Part shown: one piece after another, positions 38,127 to 50,259 of the stretch
How the letters are laid out: each line of letters begins with the position of its first letter
Position numbering within the stretch: the stretch's first letter is position 1
NCBI GenBank assembly: GCA_028825115.1
Contig: JAPKAV010000005.1
Location: forward strand, 1,563-65,562
Direction: 5' to 3'
Length of the DNA stretch: 64,000 nt
Source: Candidatus Nanopelagicales bacterium
GTDB taxonomy: Bacteria; Actinomycetota; Actinomycetes; S36-B12
Program-made: the position numbers and the translations under genes
Notes under the pieces: model-generated
The model's input: the letters and a program-made list of their open reading frames with translations, nothing else
Database searches by the model: none
What the model was told of the DNA's origin: nothing

Positions 38127-41100
38127 TTAAATCCTGCTCATGATTGCCAGCATCGGATCTTCACCGTGGCTAAGTGCATCGGCTTCGATTTCAAGGACAC
38201 GTTTGTAGTCCCGCGGTATCACTTTTGTGAATCGGGTCAATGCCGCACTCCAGGCGGCAAGCAGATCGCTTCCACGACTCGACTCCGTGTGTTCGACGTG
38301 AGCTGACACCAATTTAAAGAGCTCATGTGAATCTGCCTCATCGAGTCGATTGAGCTCGACCAAGTCGTGGTTAATCAAAGTCGGGTCAAGGTCGAGCAGG
38401 TACGCAATCCCACCTGACATGCCTGCACCAAAGTTGCGACCAATTGGTCCCAACACGACCACCTTCCCACCGGTCATGTATTCACAGCCGTGATCTCCGA
38501 CTCCCTCAACCACCGCGTACGCGCCAGAGTTTCTCACGCAGAAGCGCTCACCTACATGGCCTCGGAAGAACATTTCACCCGAGGTTGCGCCGTAGCCGAT
38601 CACGTTTCCAGCGATTGTGTTCTCACTGGGATCAAATGGCGCAATACGGTGCGGATGGGTAATTATTCGACCGCCGGAGAGTCCCTTTCCGACATAATCA
38701 TTCGCATCACCGGTCAGTCGAAGTGTGAGTCCTTGCGGAATGAAAGCACCAAAACTTTGACCCGCTGAACCGGTGAAGGAAATGTCGATGGTGCCGTCCG
38801 GTAGCCCGCCGCGCTTAGTGATCTCACTACCTAACATGGTTCCAACTGTCCGATTCACGTTTCGAATTTCCACGGCAAGCTTGGTGGGAAGCCCTGATTC
38901 TAAAGCATCGGCACTCATCCGAATGAGCTCCTGATCCAGCGCATGTTCTAAGCCATGTTCCTGATTCTTCATGTGCCGTCGATGCCCGTTCCCCTGCAGG
39001 TCAGGAACATGCAAAATCGGCTCCAAGTCGAGGCCATCCGCCTTCCAGTGCTTAATGGCTTTATTCAGATTGAGAGTTTCAATATGACCGATTGCTTCGT
39101 CGAGTGAGGTGAAACCCAATTCTGCGAGCAACTCACGCACTTCCTGGGCAATATATTCAAAGAATGTTTCAACGAACTCCGGCTTGCCAGAAAACTTTTC
39201 ACGCAAGGCTGGGTTCTGGGTCGCCACCCCAACCGGACAAGTATCTAGGTGGCATACCCGCATCATGATGCAACCCATAACTACCAGTGGCGCTGTTGCA
39301 AAGCCAAATTCTTCAGCGCCCAAAAGCGCGGCGATTACCACATCCCGTCCGGTTTTTAGTTGGCCGTCTGTTTGCAAAACTACTCGGTCACGCAAACCAT
39401 TGAGCAGCAATGTCTGCTGTGTTTCAGCCAAACCCAGTTCCCACGGCGCACCCGCGTGCTTCAACGATGTGAGTGGCGAAGCACCGGTGCCACCGTCATG
39501 CCCAGAAATGAGGATCACATCGGCATGCGCTTTAGCAACTCCAGCAGCGACTGTTCCCACTCCAACTTCGGCCACCAACTTCACATGAATACGTGCATCG
39601 GAGTTGGCATTCTTGAGATCATGAATTAACTGAGCTAAGTCTTCAATGGAATAGATGTCGTGATGCGGTGGCGGCGAAATAAGGGTTACCCCTGGGGTTG
39701 AGTGCCTCGTCTTTGCGATCCACGGATACACCTTGGAGCCCGGCAGCTGACCGCCCTCGCCTGGCTTTGCCCCTTGTGCCATCTTTATTTGAATATCATC
39801 ACTGTTTACCAAATATTCGCTCGTGACTCCGAATCGCCCCGAAGCGACCTGCTTAATCGCCGAGCGCTTGAGGTCGCCATTACTCATGGGCACAAACCGC
39901 TCAGGATCCTCCCCACCCTCGCCCGTATTGGACCTAGCGCCCAGACGATTCATGGCGATCGCGAGGGTCTCGTGGGCTTCAGCTGAAATAGATCCATAAG
40001 ACATCGCGCCAGTTGAGAACCTTTTTACGATGTTCTTAATTGACTCAACTTCATCAATGGGAATTTCCGGCCGATCGGAATTGAACTCAAAAAGTCCCCG
40101 CAGGGTCATCAAACGTTCTGATTGGTCGTTGACTCGACCGGTGTACTCGCTAAAAATATCAAACCTTTTTGACCGTGTGGCGTGCTGCAATCGAAACACC
40201 GTCTCGGGGTCAAATAGATGCGGTGACCCCTCACGACGCCATTGATACTCACCACCATCGCGCAACGTCCGATGCGACGGCGAGATTCCGGACACCGGAT
40301 AGGCATCAGCGTGTCGAGCAGCGTTCTCGTCGGCAATCACCTCGATCCCCACTCCGCCTAGTTGCGAAGTAGTTCCGGTGAAGTACGCATCAATGAATTC
40401 CTGCGAAAGGCCAATCGCCTCGAAAATCTGAGCCCCACGATAGGAAGCCACCGTTGACACTCCCATTTTGGACATCACCTTGAGTAGTCCTTTGCCCAAC
40501 GACTTGATCACATTGCGCATGGCTTTTTCGGGAGTGATGTCTGAAATCACATTGCGGCGCACCAAATCTTCAACAGTTTCTAAGGTGAGATATGGATTAA
40601 TCGCCGCAGCACCGTAACCGATCAAAAGGGCGACATGGTGTACCTCGCGAACATCGCCCGTTTCAATGAGCAAGCTGATCATGGTGCGGTTCTTGGTGCG
40701 CACCAGGTGGTGGTGCACTGCCGCGCACAGCAGCAGCGATGGAATTGGTGCCAAACTCGCGTTACTCTCGCGATCGGAGAGAACAATAAACCTCTTTCCC
40801 TGACGAATCAAAGCATCAACTTCATTAAAGATCTCAAGGATGCGCTTCTCCAGCGCAGCTCCACCGCCGTACACGTTGTAAAGACCTTTGATTCGAGCCG
40901 CAGCGAACTCGGGCAGTTGTCCATCTGCATTAATGTGCAGAATCTTGGCAAGTTCGTCGTTATCAATGACTGGAAATGGCAGCACAACTTGACGGCAATG
41001 CCCCGGCAACGCCTCAAGTAGATTCCCCTCCGGTCCGATGATGCTGCCCAACGAAGTCACGATTTCCTCACGGATCGCATCAAGTGGTGGATTTGTCACT

Positions 41101-42635
41101 TGTGCAAAAAGCTGGCTAAAATAATCAAAGAGCATGCGCGGACGATCAGACAAAGCAGCGATGGGCGTGTCAGTTCCCATTGAGCCAATCGCCTCGGTAC
41201 CGCTTTTCGCCATTGGCTCGATGATGAGTCGCAAATCTTCCTGGGTGTACCCAAAAGTTTGTTGGCGACGGGCCACAGAATCTCGCGTGTGCACAATGTG
41301 CTCCCGCTCAGGCAACGCCTCAAGATGGATTAACTCGTGGGTCAACCACTCTTGATATGGGTGCTCCCCAGCAAGAGATTCCTTAATCTCTTCATCTTCG
41401 ATCACTCGTCCCGCTGCAGTGTCAACCAAGAACATTTTTCCTGGCTGTAATCTGCCCTTGCGGACAACGGTGCCGGGGTCAATGTCAAGCACTCCAGCTT
41501 CAGAAGCCAGCACAACAAGCCCGTCATCACACACCCAAAAACGCCCAGGCCGAAGGCCGTTACGGTCTAGCACGGCACCAATGATGGTTCCATCAGTAAA
41601 ACACACATTTGCCGGACCATCCCAGGGTTCCATAATCGTTGCGTGGAATTCGTAGAAGGCGCGCCGCGACGGCGACATGTCGAGATTGTTCTCCCACGCC
41701 TCAGGAATCATCATAAGAACGGCATGGGGCAGTGAGCGACCACCAAGGTGGAAGAGCTCTAGAGCCTCATCAAATGATGCGGAGTCGCTCGCATTCGGTG
41801 AGCAGATCGGGAACAGGCGCGTCATGTCTCCAGGCAAAATATCGGAAGTCAACATGGCCTCGCGCGCGGTCATCCAGTTTCGGTTTCCTCGGACCGTATT
41901 TATTTCACCGTTATGGGCAATAAGCCGAAACGGGTGCGCAAGTGGCCACGAAGGAAATGTGTTGGTGGAAAAACGGGAGTGGACCAGAGCCAATGCGCTG
42001 TGCACTAAAGGATCCGTAAGGTCAGGGAAAAACGGAGACAATTGCCCGGTGGTCAACATCCCTTTATATAACAATGTGCGGCTTGATAGGGAGGAGAAGT
42101 ACACGCCCAAATCATGTTCGGCGAGCTTGCGAAAACCGTAAACTGCCCGGTCAAGCTCAATTCCGGTTGACACATAGTCAGTGATAAACAATTGCCAGAA
42201 ATCCGGTTTACATTTCTTTGCTGTTGCCCCGATCATTGAGTCATCGGTGGGTACTTGGCGCCAGCCGATAACGGTTAAGCCTTCTGAGCGAGCAAGCTCC
42301 TCTAGCGCTCCCATAGCGAGTGTCGCTTGGCCCTGATCAAAAAAAGCCGTGCCTACGGCATATCCGCCAGCTGCGGGTAGCTCAAAGTCGACATTTTGGC
42401 GCAAGAATAGGTCGGGGACCTGCAACAAGATCCCAGCCCCGTCACCACTGTCGGGTTCGCTACCGGATGCGCCTCGGTGCTCGAGATTAGTCAGTGCTTT
42501 GAGAGCTTTCACCACGATGTCGTGGCTGGGGATCCCCGTCAGAGTAGCTACAAATGCCACGCCACATGCATCATGTTCACGTGCCGGGTCGTACAAACCC
42601 TGCGCTCTCGGCTGCAGACTGATCGCCATCTTCAT
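38127..42635 (-). CDS. gltB: glutamate synthase large subunit
   Basis: 1502 aa. Ntn amidotransferase Cys ([10 protein letters not shown]), FMN/3Fe-4S central domain and C-terminal GXGXG domain. The second ATG at 42629 has better SD spacing. Confidence 0.95.
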   Translation of the reverse strand: MKMAISLQPRAQGLYDPAREHDACGVAFVATLTGIPSHDIVVKALKALTNLEHRGASGSEPDSGDGAGILLQVPDLFLRQNVDFELPAAGGYAVGTAFFDQGQATLAMGALEELARSEGLTVIGWRQVPTDDSMIGATAKKCKPDFWQLFITDYVSTGIELDRAVYGFRKLAEHDLGVYFSSLSSRTLLYKGMLTTGQLSPFFPDLTDPLVHSALALVHSRFSTNTFPSWPLAHPFRLIAHNGEINTVRGNRNWMTAREAMLTSDILPGDMTRLFPICSPNASDSASFDEALELFHLGGRSLPHAVLMMIPEAWENNLDMSPSRRAFYEFHATIMEPWDGPANVCFTDGTIIGAVLDRNGLRPGRFWVCDDGLVVLASEAGVLDIDPGTVVRKGRLQPGKMFLVDTAAGRVIEDEEIKESLAGEHPYQEWLTHELIHLEALPEREHIVHTRDSVARRQQTFGYTQEDLRLIIEPMAKSGTEAIGSMGTDTPIAALSDRPRMLFDYFSQLFAQVTNPPLDAIREEIVTSLGSIIGPEGNLLEALPGHCRQVVLPFPVIDNDELAKILHINADGQLPEFAAARIKGLYNVYGGGAALEKRILEIFNEVDALIRQGKRFIVLSDRESNASLAPIPSLLLCAAVHHHLVRTKNRTMISLLIETGDVREVHHVALLIGYGAAAINPYLTLETVEDLVRRNVISDITPEKAMRNVIKSLGKGLLKVMSKMGVSTVASYRGAQIFEAIGLSQEFIDAYFTGTTSQLGGVGIEVIADENAARHADAYPVSGISPSHRTLRDGGEYQWRREGSPHLFDPETVFRLQHATRSKRFDIFSEYTGRVNDQSERLMTLRGLFEFNSDRPEIPIDEVESIKNIVKRFSTGAMSYGSISAEAHETLAIAMNRLGARSNTGEGGEDPERFVPMSNGDLKRSAIKQVASGRFGVTSEYLVNSDDIQIKMAQGAKPGEGGQLPGSKVYPWIAKTRHSTPGVTLISPPPHHDIYSIEDLAQLIHDLKNANSDARIHVKLVAEVGVGTVAAGVAKAHADVILISGHDGGTGASPLTSLKHAGAPWELGLAETQQTLLLNGLRDRVVLQTDGQLKTGRDVVIAALLGAEEFGFATAPLVVMGCIMMRVCHLDTCPVGVATQNPALREKFSGKPEFVETFFEYIAQEVRELLAELGFTSLDEAIGHIETLNLNKAIKHWKADGLDLEPILHVPDLQGNGHRRHMKNQEHGLEHALDQELIRMSADALESGLPTKLAVEIRNVNRTVGTMLGSEITKRGGLPDGTIDISFTGSAGQSFGAFIPQGLTLRLTGDANDYVGKGLSGGRIITHPHRIAPFDPSENTIAGNVIGYGATSGEMFFRGHVGERFCVRNSGAYAVVEGVGDHGCEYMTGGKVVVLGPIGRNFGAGMSGGIAYLLDLDPTLINHDLVELNRLDEADSHELFKLVSAHVEHTESSRGSDLLAAWSAALTRFTKVIPRDYKRVLEIEADALSHGEDPMLAIMSRI

Positions 42636-42749
42636 ACTCCTTCAACGTCAAGTATTACGCGGACTGATCTCCAACGTGAAGTTGAGCGCGCGAAGCGCAT
42701 AACAACACGTTGCAGATAATTCCGGGACGACGTTGGCCCGAGATCATTA

Positions 42750-43598
42750 TTATACAGGTTCTACTTCGATTTCTTCAACTGGAGCAACCATGACTTCCCG
42801 GCCGGGGCGAATCCGACTCAAAATCACCAAATAGGTCAAAGCACCTAGACCAACCAGGATTGACGTCCACACGTTAAGCCGAATTCCTAGAATTTGATTA
42901 GCCGGATCAATTCGAAGTGCTTCGATCCACACTCGTCCTAGCGTGTAGAGAAGTACGTACAATGCAAAAACTCGCCCGTGCCCAAGGTTAAATCTTCGGT
43001 CAGCCCAAATCACCACTAGCGCAAGTGCGACCAGCCACAAGGATTCATAAAGAAACGTCGGGTGAAATGTCGCGTATTCTGCGAAGCCCTTGGGTCGATT
43101 TGCCAGTGAGATCTCCAGTCCCCACGGCAATGTCGTGGGTGACCCAAAAAGTTCCTGATTGAAATAGTTTCCCAGACGTCCAATTGCTTGGGCGAGTGCA
43201 ATCCCTGGAGCGATCGCGTCCGCGATCGGAGGTAATGCAACCCCACTGCGACGAGCACCGATCCAGGCGCCTACGCCGCCGAGCATTACCGCTCCCCAAA
43301 TCCCTAACCCGCCGTCCCAGATCCGAAGTGCTGCCGCGAATCCTCGACCTTGTTCGCCGAAATATATTTGCCAGTCGGAGAGGACGTGATAGAGACGACC
43401 CCCAACGATTCCAAATGGAACCGCCCAAATGGCGATGTCGGTGATAACGCCTGGCTGACCACCACGTGCCTCGTAGCGCTTATTTCCTAATACGACGGCA
43501 ACGATTATCCCTAGCACGATAAACATGGCGTATGCCCGGATAGGGACCGGGCCTAACTCCCATACTCCGGTCTCAGGGCTGGGAATGTAAGTCAACAT
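42750..43598 (-). CDS. lgt: prolipoprotein diacylglyceryl transferase
   Basis: 282 aa polytopic protein with Lgt motifs (GGRLYHV, GRLGNYFNQELFG, HPTFLYESLW). Confidence 0.93.
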   Translation of the reverse strand: MLTYIPSPETGVWELGPVPIRAYAMFIVLGIIVAVVLGNKRYEARGGQPGVITDIAIWAVPFGIVGGRLYHVLSDWQIYFGEQGRGFAAALRIWDGGLGIWGAVMLGGVGAWIGARRSGVALPPIADAIAPGIALAQAIGRLGNYFNQELFGSPTTLPWGLEISLANRPKGFAEYATFHPTFLYESLWLVALALVVIWADRRFNLGHGRVFALYVLLYTLGRVWIEALRIDPANQILGIRLNVWTSILVGLGALTYLVILSRIRPGREVMVAPVEEIEVEPV

Positions 43599-43616
43599 GT
43601 AGGAAGCAACCAGTCG

Positions 43617-44444
43617 CTAAGACTTTGACGCGACTAAGTCGGCAAGCGCCACCTGATCTGCCAACACTTCGGTGCCAACGTCTTCACCGTTGAGAAAACC
43701 AGAAGGAGTTCCACCAATTTGAGAGGTAGAAAATTCCTGGTTTGAGTTTGCCGCCCACGCTAGGTAGGTGCCGTCGGTGACGCATTGCGAGAAGGCCGCT
43801 AGATCGTCATCACTTAAATCCAACCCTGATGCAAATGACACGAGTTCCTCGTCAGTGAACCCAACGCCCTCTTCTGCTGGCTGGTTGTCATAGACCGAAT
43901 TATGAAATTCGATGGTCTTTCCAGCGTCGATCGCGCAACCCCATGCACCTATGGCCCGATGCGATGAATCATTTCCTAAGTTGGCGTCAAGAAAAGCGGT
44001 AGGTCGGTAGATAAGTTGAACTAGGCCTTCTTCTGCCAGTTCCTCAATTCCTGCTCCGTTTACTTCCTCCAGTGCGCCGCAGGCCGGGCACTGAAAATCT
44101 TCCCAAATCTCAAGCACCGGCACATCGGCGCTACCGTTGCCGTAAGGCACCCCAAAGGGCATTGTCGAGTCGGCCGCCAAGACGCCTGCCGGCAAAGCTG
44201 CCTCTGGATCGGGTTGAACGATTCCACTGAGTGATCCACTTGCGTCATTCGATGGTGAATTGCTACTTGCAAAGATCGCTACCCCGATAATTGCGGCCAT
44301 AATCACCACCACTGTCGTTCCACCGATAAAGCGAACCGTGCGCTCGCGACGTTTTTCACTCGCTTGTGCCACTCCCCGCGCCTCTGCAGCCCTTTCACGT
44401 CGGTTCTTTGCACCCATGGCTCTTACTCCTCTTCGCACTTTCAT
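43617..44444 (-). CDS. membrane-anchored DsbA-family thiol:disulfide oxidoreductase
   Basis: Basic N-terminus, one TM helix, and a thioredoxin-fold domain with CxxC (FQCPACG). Confidence 0.75.
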   Translation of the reverse strand: MKVRRGVRAMGAKNRRERAAEARGVAQASEKRRERTVRFIGGTTVVVIMAAIIGVAIFASSNSPSNDASGSLSGIVQPDPEAALPAGVLAADSTMPFGVPYGNGSADVPVLEIWEDFQCPACGALEEVNGAGIEELAEEGLVQLIYRPTAFLDANLGNDSSHRAIGAWGCAIDAGKTIEFHNSVYDNQPAEEGVGFTDEELVSFASGLDLSDDDLAAFSQCVTDGTYLAWAANSNQEFSTSQIGGTPSGFLNGEDVGTEVLADQVALADLVASKS

Positions 44445-44488
44445 GGCTCATCACGCATAACTTGAAGTCTTAGAATATGCGAAGGCCC

Positions 44489-45289
44489 TTAGCGAGCCCG
44501 ATGTACCCCACCAGCAAGTTCTCTCGCCAGCTCGCGCACCGCGGCGACACCACCAGTGTTCGCTGCTGTGACAAAGGCGGACCCGACGATTACCCCGTCC
44601 GCATATTGGGCGATCTCGGCGGCCTGGGCACCATTTGACACGCCCAGACCTACCGCGATGGGTAGGTCGGTGGACGCACGGACGCGGGCTACCAATTGCG
44701 GTGCCATATTGCTTACCCGGTCCCGCGCCCCGGTTACACCCATGGTTGACGCCGCATAGACAAATCCTTGAGTCACCTGAGCGATCCGGCTGATTCTTTC
44801 ATCGGTAGAAGAGGGTGCGACCAGAAAAATAGGCGCCAGCTCTTGACTGCCCGCTGCCGCGATCCACGGTTGGCCCTCTTCAATTGTGAGATCGGGTGTG
44901 ATCACCCCAGCCCCACCAGCCTGTCGGAGTTCCTGGGCAAATGCTTCAATCCCGAATTGTTCAATGGGATTCCAGTAACTCATGACGACCGGGACTACAC
45001 CGTGATCGGAAACCGCCTTAACTACCGTTAACACCGATTGTGGAGTTGCGCCGTTACTCAATGCTTGGTCCACCGCCTGTTGAATCACGGGTCCGTCCAT
45101 CAAAGGATCGGAATAGGGGAGCCCCACCTCGATCAGGTCAACTCCCCCGTCACACATTGCTTCCACAAGTGCAACAGATTCCCCTAAAGTGGGAAATCCA
45201 GCCGGTAGGTAGCCAATCAGCAGCGCCCGATTCTCACTTTTCGCTTCGGCAAATACCGAGCCGATTCGGCCGACGCCGGTTGGGCTCAC
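44489..45289 (-). CDS. trpA: tryptophan synthase alpha chain
   Basis: LIGYLPAGFP, IEVGLPYSDPLMDGPVIQ. Confidence 0.95.
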   Translation of the reverse strand: MSPTGVGRIGSVFAEAKSENRALLIGYLPAGFPTLGESVALVEAMCDGGVDLIEVGLPYSDPLMDGPVIQQAVDQALSNGATPQSVLTVVKAVSDHGVVPVVMSYWNPIEQFGIEAFAQELRQAGGAGVITPDLTIEEGQPWIAAAGSQELAPIFLVAPSSTDERISRIAQVTQGFVYAASTMGVTGARDRVSNMAPQLVARVRASTDLPIAVGLGVSNGAQAAEIAQYADGVIVGSAFVTAANTGGVAAVRELARELAGGVHRAR

Positions 45290-45292
45290 AGG

Positions 45293-46546
45293 TTAACGCC
45301 CTTCGGACAGTTCAATGCTGGCCCCAAATTCACTGTGTTCCAGTTCGATTCCAAACCAACGGGCGGCTGTAGCAACGTCTTTATCTCCACGACCGCTGAG
45401 ATTCAAGATGATCACCGAATCTGGACCCAGTTCCTTGCCGAGTCGAATCACACCGGCCAAGCCATGTGCGGTTTCAATCGCAGGGATGATCCCCTCCGAG
45501 CGTGAGCACAGGGCAAAAGCATCCATTGCCTCAGAATCGTTGACGCTTTCATAGATCGCTCGACCCGTGTCGTGTAGCCAAGCGTGCTCAGGTCCGACCC
45601 CTGGGTAGTCAAGGCCTGCACTGATCGAGTGCGACGGCACTGTTTGCCCCCACTCATCTTGCATAACGTAGGTGCGGGCACCGTGCAATACGCCCGGTGT
45701 CCCTGCGGCAAATCTTGCGGCATGCCGACCGGTGTCTACCCCTTCCCCGCCGGCTTCGTATCCCCGTAGTTGAACGTCGGGGTCATCAATGAAGCCGCTA
45801 AAGAGTCCCATGGCATTTGATCCGCCACCAACACATGCTGCTACCGCATCAGGCAAACGTCCCTCAACCGCAAAAATCTGCTCACGTGACTCGCGCCCGA
45901 TCACCGAATGAAAGTGGCGCACCATCTCGGGAAAGGGGGCAGGGCCCGTTACCGTTCCCAACACATAATGTGTGCTGTCCACGGAGGCGACCCAGTCGCG
46001 CATTGCTTCATTGATGGCGTCCTTGAGGGTCATGCTGCCGGTGGCAACAGAAAAAACCTCCGCACCGAGGATTTTCATTCGTGCCACATTGAGTGCCTGG
46101 CGTCTGGTGTCCTCGGCACCCATATAAACGGTGCATTGTAGGCCCAAAAGTGCCGCAGCAGTTGCCGTCGCCACTCCGTGCTGACCAGCACCGGTTTCAG
46201 CAATAATGCGCGTTTTCCCCATCCGCTGGGCCAAGAGCGCTTGGCCCAATACATTATTTATTTTGTGAGACCCGGTGTGATTCAAATCTTCGCGCTTGAA
46301 ATAAATCCGCGCACCTGCGCAATGCTCGCCAAATCTGCGTGCGCGAGTCAGAGGCGATGGTCGCCCCGTGTAGTCCCGCTCCAGGTCAACTAACCGGCTA
46401 CTGAACTCGGGATCAGCGATCCCGGCGCGAAATGCTGCATCTAATTGATCCAGCGCGCTTATGAGAGCCTCCGGCACGAACCTACCGCCGTAGGGACCGT
46501 AGTGACCTGAAAGATGAGTCTCGAGGTCGGCTTGGGTCGTGCTCAT
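45293..46546 (-). CDS. trpB: tryptophan synthase beta chain
   Basis: [22 protein letters not shown] (PLP lysine), GGGSNAMG. Start moved to ATG 46546, an ATGA overlap with the trpC stop. Confidence 0.95.
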   Translation of the reverse strand: MSTTQADLETHLSGHYGPYGGRFVPEALISALDQLDAAFRAGIADPEFSSRLVDLERDYTGRPSPLTRARRFGEHCAGARIYFKREDLNHTGSHKINNVLGQALLAQRMGKTRIIAETGAGQHGVATATAAALLGLQCTVYMGAEDTRRQALNVARMKILGAEVFSVATGSMTLKDAINEAMRDWVASVDSTHYVLGTVTGPAPFPEMVRHFHSVIGRESREQIFAVEGRLPDAVAACVGGGSNAMGLFSGFIDDPDVQLRGYEAGGEGVDTGRHAARFAAGTPGVLHGARTYVMQDEWGQTVPSHSISAGLDYPGVGPEHAWLHDTGRAIYESVNDSEAMDAFALCSRSEGIIPAIETAHGLAGVIRLGKELGPDSVIILNLSGRGDKDVATAARWFGIELEHSEFGASIELSEGR

Positions 46547-47355
46547 GCCCTGCCCCGAGATCGACATGAAGGATGCGCCCCGGCGGTCACAAGTTCGTGC
46601 ACCGCCTGCCGAGGGTTCCCTCCCACCACCAGTGACTCACCAACGAGAACCGCATCTGCCCCTGCATCAGCATAATTCATAAGATCATGATGGTCCCTAA
46701 CTCCAGACTCGGCAATTCGGATGCAGGACGTGGGAATCTTTTCGACTACCCGGCTGAACGTGGATCGATCTACCTCAAGGGTTTTCAAATTCCGAGCATT
46801 GACCCCAATAACCGTGCCCCCAGCTCCAAGGGCACGATCAATTTCCTCCTCGTCGTGAACTTCCACGAGTGCAGTGAGTCCCAAGCTCTTAGTTCGTTCA
46901 ATGAGGGAGATCAGAACCTCTTGGTCAAGAGCTGCCACAATCAATAACACCATGTCCGCTCCGTACGCCTTCGCTTCCCATAGCTGGTAACTCCCAATCA
47001 CAAAGTCTTTGCGCAAAACCGGAATATCGACCGCTGCACGAACCTCGGTCAAATCAGTCAGACTTCCGCCAAAGCGACGCTCCTCGGTAAGAACGCTGAT
47101 GACGTGCGCGCCACCCGCTTCGTATTCTGCAGCGAGCAACCCCGGGTGCGGGATTTGCGCGAGTACACCCTTACTTGGACTTGATCTCTTCACCTCCGCA
47201 ATCACACACACATCAGGTCCACTAAGAATTGCTTGTACGTCCTGGGCCTCACGGATCTGGAGTGCGCGCTGCTTTAACTGATCAAGGGTGGTGAGCGCCA
47301 TTCGCATGGCAACGTCTTCGCGAACACCGGCGATTATGTCGTCTAGGACCGTCAC
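46543..47355 (-). CDS. trpC: indole-3-glycerol phosphate synthase
   Basis: [26 protein letters not shown]. Confidence 0.93.
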   Translation of the reverse strand: MTVLDDIIAGVREDVAMRMALTTLDQLKQRALQIREAQDVQAILSGPDVCVIAEVKRSSPSKGVLAQIPHPGLLAAEYEAGGAHVISVLTEERRFGGSLTDLTEVRAAVDIPVLRKDFVIGSYQLWEAKAYGADMVLLIVAALDQEVLISLIERTKSLGLTALVEVHDEEEIDRALGAGGTVIGVNARNLKTLEVDRSTFSRVVEKIPTSCIRIAESGVRDHHDLMNYADAGADAVLVGESLVVGGNPRQAVHELVTAGAHPSCRSRGRA

Positions 47356-47378
47356 GCTCTTACCCTAGCCGCACCACA

Positions 47379-48830
47379 CTACGCATCCCAATTAGGAGCC
47401 TGATTAAGAACTGGATGATGAACCGACCCATCGCTGCGGTGTTTTTCGTTGACAGAAATACTTTGCCGCTGCCCGTATTGGGGAATCTCTATCCGAAAAA
47501 ATGCGCCTCCTTCAGGCGCTGCTCCCACCAAGGCAGTGCCACCCATTCGTAGGGCAAGCCGCCCCACCAAGGCCAAACCAATGCCTGTGCCGACTGGCCG
47601 CACTCCCCGGTAACGTTCGTATAGCGCACCAGGTTGAAAAGCGACTTCGTGGTCGTCTGCACTCAATCCGGGACCGGAATCCCGCACCTCGATGACCACT
47701 GAATTCGCCAATTGCTCAATGCGAATTGCCAAAGTGCTGCCACTGGGACTCAGCCTCAAGGCATTTTCGGCCAGATTGTCGACAATTTGCCGAAGCCGGA
47801 TCGGGTCACCGACAAACTCGCCGTGTACCGAGATTTCACACTTGCAGTTCACCTGCAAATCTTTGCAGCGATACTCCCAGACTTGACACACCTCGTTTGC
47901 AAAATCATTCAGGTCAATGGCTACCGCAGAAATAGTAAAGTCGACTGCTCCCAGTTTGGCCAAGTCCAATAAATCGCTGACGAGCCGATCGAGTCGAGCT
48001 GACTCGGATGAAATTAATCGCGCGGCGTCAACTGCCTGATCGCCCTCAAGGATACCATCGGAGATCGCCTCGCTGTAACCCTTTACCGCGGTGAGCGGTG
48101 TGCGAAATTCATGGGAAACCGATAGCAAAAATTCTCGCTGTCTGGCTTCGGATGTTGTCAACGCCGAATCAAGGGCATTCAGTGAAGTTGAAATCTCATC
48201 AACTTCTCTGGGACCCTCAGATTCAAGCTCAACGCCTCGAAGACCTCCAGCCATCGATATCGCCGCGGCACGCGCTCGCCGAAGGGGTTTGGCCAAACGC
48301 TGAGCGGCAAAAAAACCTAACGGGATCGCAATTATTAACCCGATCACCAGTGCCACGGCCAGCCGCCAAATAATCGTTCCAGCGCTGGCCCCAGCAACCG
48401 AGATCGGCTGAATCAGAATTACTGAGCCGTCCGCGCTCAGCGGACGTCCCTCCAGCAGGTACTCGCTATCTGAAGATGAGACCCGCCCAGAAATATCTTC
48501 GCCGTTATCGAGTTGATCAACAAACGATTGAGAAAAATCAAAGGGTAAATCCTCAAGATTTGATGTGCCCCTGGGAATCAAATAAGCGGTTATAGATTCT
48601 CGCTGTAGAGTTTTAATAAGAGCCGGCCCTACTCCCGCCCCTGGCACCCGCTGGTCAATTGCATTAGCGGTGACATTAGCCAATTGCGCAAGATTTCTTG
48701 CTCCAACCTCTTGTGAACTAGAAACAACAAGTGGATAGGACACCAGCCCCGCAATCACAATCGCGATGGCCGCAACTGCGCTGGTCAACAACACCAGAAG
48801 AGTGACGATACTCCATTTACGCGTCGTCAT
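47379..48830 (-). CDS. sensor histidine kinase (HAMP-HisKA-HATPase_c)
   Basis: Two TM helices flank an extracytoplasmic domain of about 130 aa. H-box SVSHEFRTPLTAV, N and G boxes (DNLAENALR, DSGPGL, GTGIGLAL). Start taken at ATG 48830 (MTTRKWSIV), a 14-nt overlap with the regulator gene. Confidence 0.85.
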   Translation of the reverse strand: MTTRKWSIVTLLVLLTSAVAAIAIVIAGLVSYPLVVSSSQEVGARNLAQLANVTANAIDQRVPGAGVGPALIKTLQRESITAYLIPRGTSNLEDLPFDFSQSFVDQLDNGEDISGRVSSSDSEYLLEGRPLSADGSVILIQPISVAGASAGTIIWRLAVALVIGLIIAIPLGFFAAQRLAKPLRRARAAAISMAGGLRGVELESEGPREVDEISTSLNALDSALTTSEARQREFLLSVSHEFRTPLTAVKGYSEAISDGILEGDQAVDAARLISSESARLDRLVSDLLDLAKLGAVDFTISAVAIDLNDFANEVCQVWEYRCKDLQVNCKCEISVHGEFVGDPIRLRQIVDNLAENALRLSPSGSTLAIRIEQLANSVVIEVRDSGPGLSADDHEVAFQPGALYERYRGVRPVGTGIGLALVGRLALRMGGTALVGAAPEGGAFFRIEIPQYGQRQSISVNEKHRSDGSVHHPVLNQAPNWDA

Positions 48831-49518
48831 GTGTTGGCGCTTCCCACGAATATCCAACCCCGCGAACGGTACGAATGGACGCATTCGGCCCAAGCTTTGT
48901 TCTTATTTGAGCAATATGAACATCAACTGTCCGGGTCCCCAACGCCTCCGAGTAGCCCCAGACATTTTCGAGTAATTCAGAGCGCTCAATCACCCGCCCC
49001 GGTCGGGCCATCAAATAGGCCATTAAGTCAAACTCTGTTGCGGTCAAAATTAATGAGGTTCCATTATGGGAGGCACGCCGCGTCCGAAGATTTACACTCA
49101 CACCGTCAGCTTCGAGGGATTCTCCTGCATTCACCTGATAAGCAGACCTGCGCACAATCGCTTTAACTCTCGCCACGAGCTCGCGGGGGCTGAACGGTTT
49201 GGTCAAATAATCATCGGCCCCCAACTCAAGACCTAGCACCCGATCTACTTCGTCATCACGTGCAGTGCAAAACACAATCGGCGTCCAATCATTTGCCGCA
49301 CGCAGCCGGCGGCAAATCTCAGTACCATCGATTTTGGGCAGACCGACATCGAGAATTATCAGATCAAAGTTTTCAATTTGTGCAGCCGAAAGTCCAGAAT
49401 CTCCATCGTAGCAGGACTGCACTTCAAATCCCTCGCGCGCGAGGTATACGCCGATGAGATCCGAAATGGGCCACTCGTCTTCGACCACTAGTACTCTCAT
49501 AGGGTCACCGTGGACCAT
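48817..49518 (-). CDS. OmpR-family response regulator
   Basis: Receiver domain (MRVLVVEDE, LIILDVGLP, K in YLTKPF) plus a winged-helix output domain (RTVDVHIAQIRTKL..IRTVRGVGY). The start may be ATG 49500. Confidence 0.9.
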   Translation of the reverse strand: MVHGDPMRVLVVEDEWPISDLIGVYLAREGFEVQSCYDGDSGLSAAQIENFDLIILDVGLPKIDGTEICRRLRAANDWTPIVFCTARDDEVDRVLGLELGADDYLTKPFSPRELVARVKAIVRRSAYQVNAGESLEADGVSVNLRTRRASHNGTSLILTATEFDLMAYLMARPGRVIERSELLENVWGYSEALGTRTVDVHIAQIRTKLGPNASIRTVRGVGYSWEAPTHDDA

Positions 49519-49525
49519 TCCGGAC

Positions 49526-49735
49526 TTACGCGCTAGCCGGCTTTTTGCCCAAACCCATTAGGGCCATGACCTTTCCCACCGCTGCACCAACAAATACCAG
49601 AGCCACTCCCGCCCAAAACAATGGCCAATTTGACAAAATGAGTGCGACTGTTCCCACAGTGAATGCCAAAGTGATGATTACAACGGCAGTCCAAGCGGCG
49701 GGTGTAGAACCATGATCCTCGTGTTGGTCATTCAT
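49526..49735 (-). CDS. HGxxPAAW-family small membrane protein
   Basis: 69 aa. HGSTPAAW motif followed by two TM helices. Confidence 0.8.
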   Translation of the reverse strand: MNDQHEDHGSTPAAWTAVVIITLAFTVGTVALILSNWPLFWAGVALVFVGAAVGKVMALMGLGKKPASA

Positions 49736-49743
49736 GAGCGTAG

Positions 49744-50256
49744 TTAATCATGTGAATCAGCTGGATCTGGCGTTGCGTCAGCAGTGGGATCCACTCCAGC
49801 ATCAAGTAGCTCCCACGTGTTCATTTTTGCGGGAGCAGAACGCGAGTACTTGCCACCTAGAGTTGGCCATTTCTTTGAAAAAACAGCGATCACCAAATTG
49901 GTCACAAATAGGCCAACGCTCAACGCGAGAGCAACCCTCCACAATGAATTTAGCGCGTCTGCATCCAACATGATCAGAGAATAGGTTCCCATAATGGAAA
50001 TCACTGCCCCTAACGAACCAAGAATCCTTCGCCCCCACGTTCTGGTTGCTAAGACCCCAATGACCACCGCTAAAGAAACTGCCCCTACCGCGAAAACAGA
50101 TGAATCCACATCTGACCCGATAAATTCCTGTGTAGCAAGTTCTCCTGGCACCGAACTCCATGTCAAGCTACCTATCCATATCAGAGCGCCGCCGAATGTT
50201 ATTTGCAGAACCATCGTTACGAAGTATTTTCTGGCCGGTGACAGATCAGATTTCAT
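49744..50256 (-). CDS. Trp-biosynthesis-associated membrane protein
   Basis: 170 aa, 4 TM helices. C-terminal WELLDAGVDPT motif typical of the conserved actinobacterial membrane protein that follows trpE. Confidence 0.7.
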   Translation of the reverse strand: MKSDLSPARKYFVTMVLQITFGGALIWIGSLTWSSVPGELATQEFIGSDVDSSVFAVGAVSLAVVIGVLATRTWGRRILGSLGAVISIMGTYSLIMLDADALNSLWRVALALSVGLFVTNLVIAVFSKKWPTLGGKYSRSAPAKMNTWELLDAGVDPTADATPDPADSHD

Positions 50257-50259
50257 TGA

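Noticed and set aside
47379-49518. The two-component system as a novel signalling or defence module
   Set aside because: Its domain architecture is completely standard (OmpR receiver plus winged helix; TM-HAMP-HisKA-HATPase). Only its location is noteworthy.
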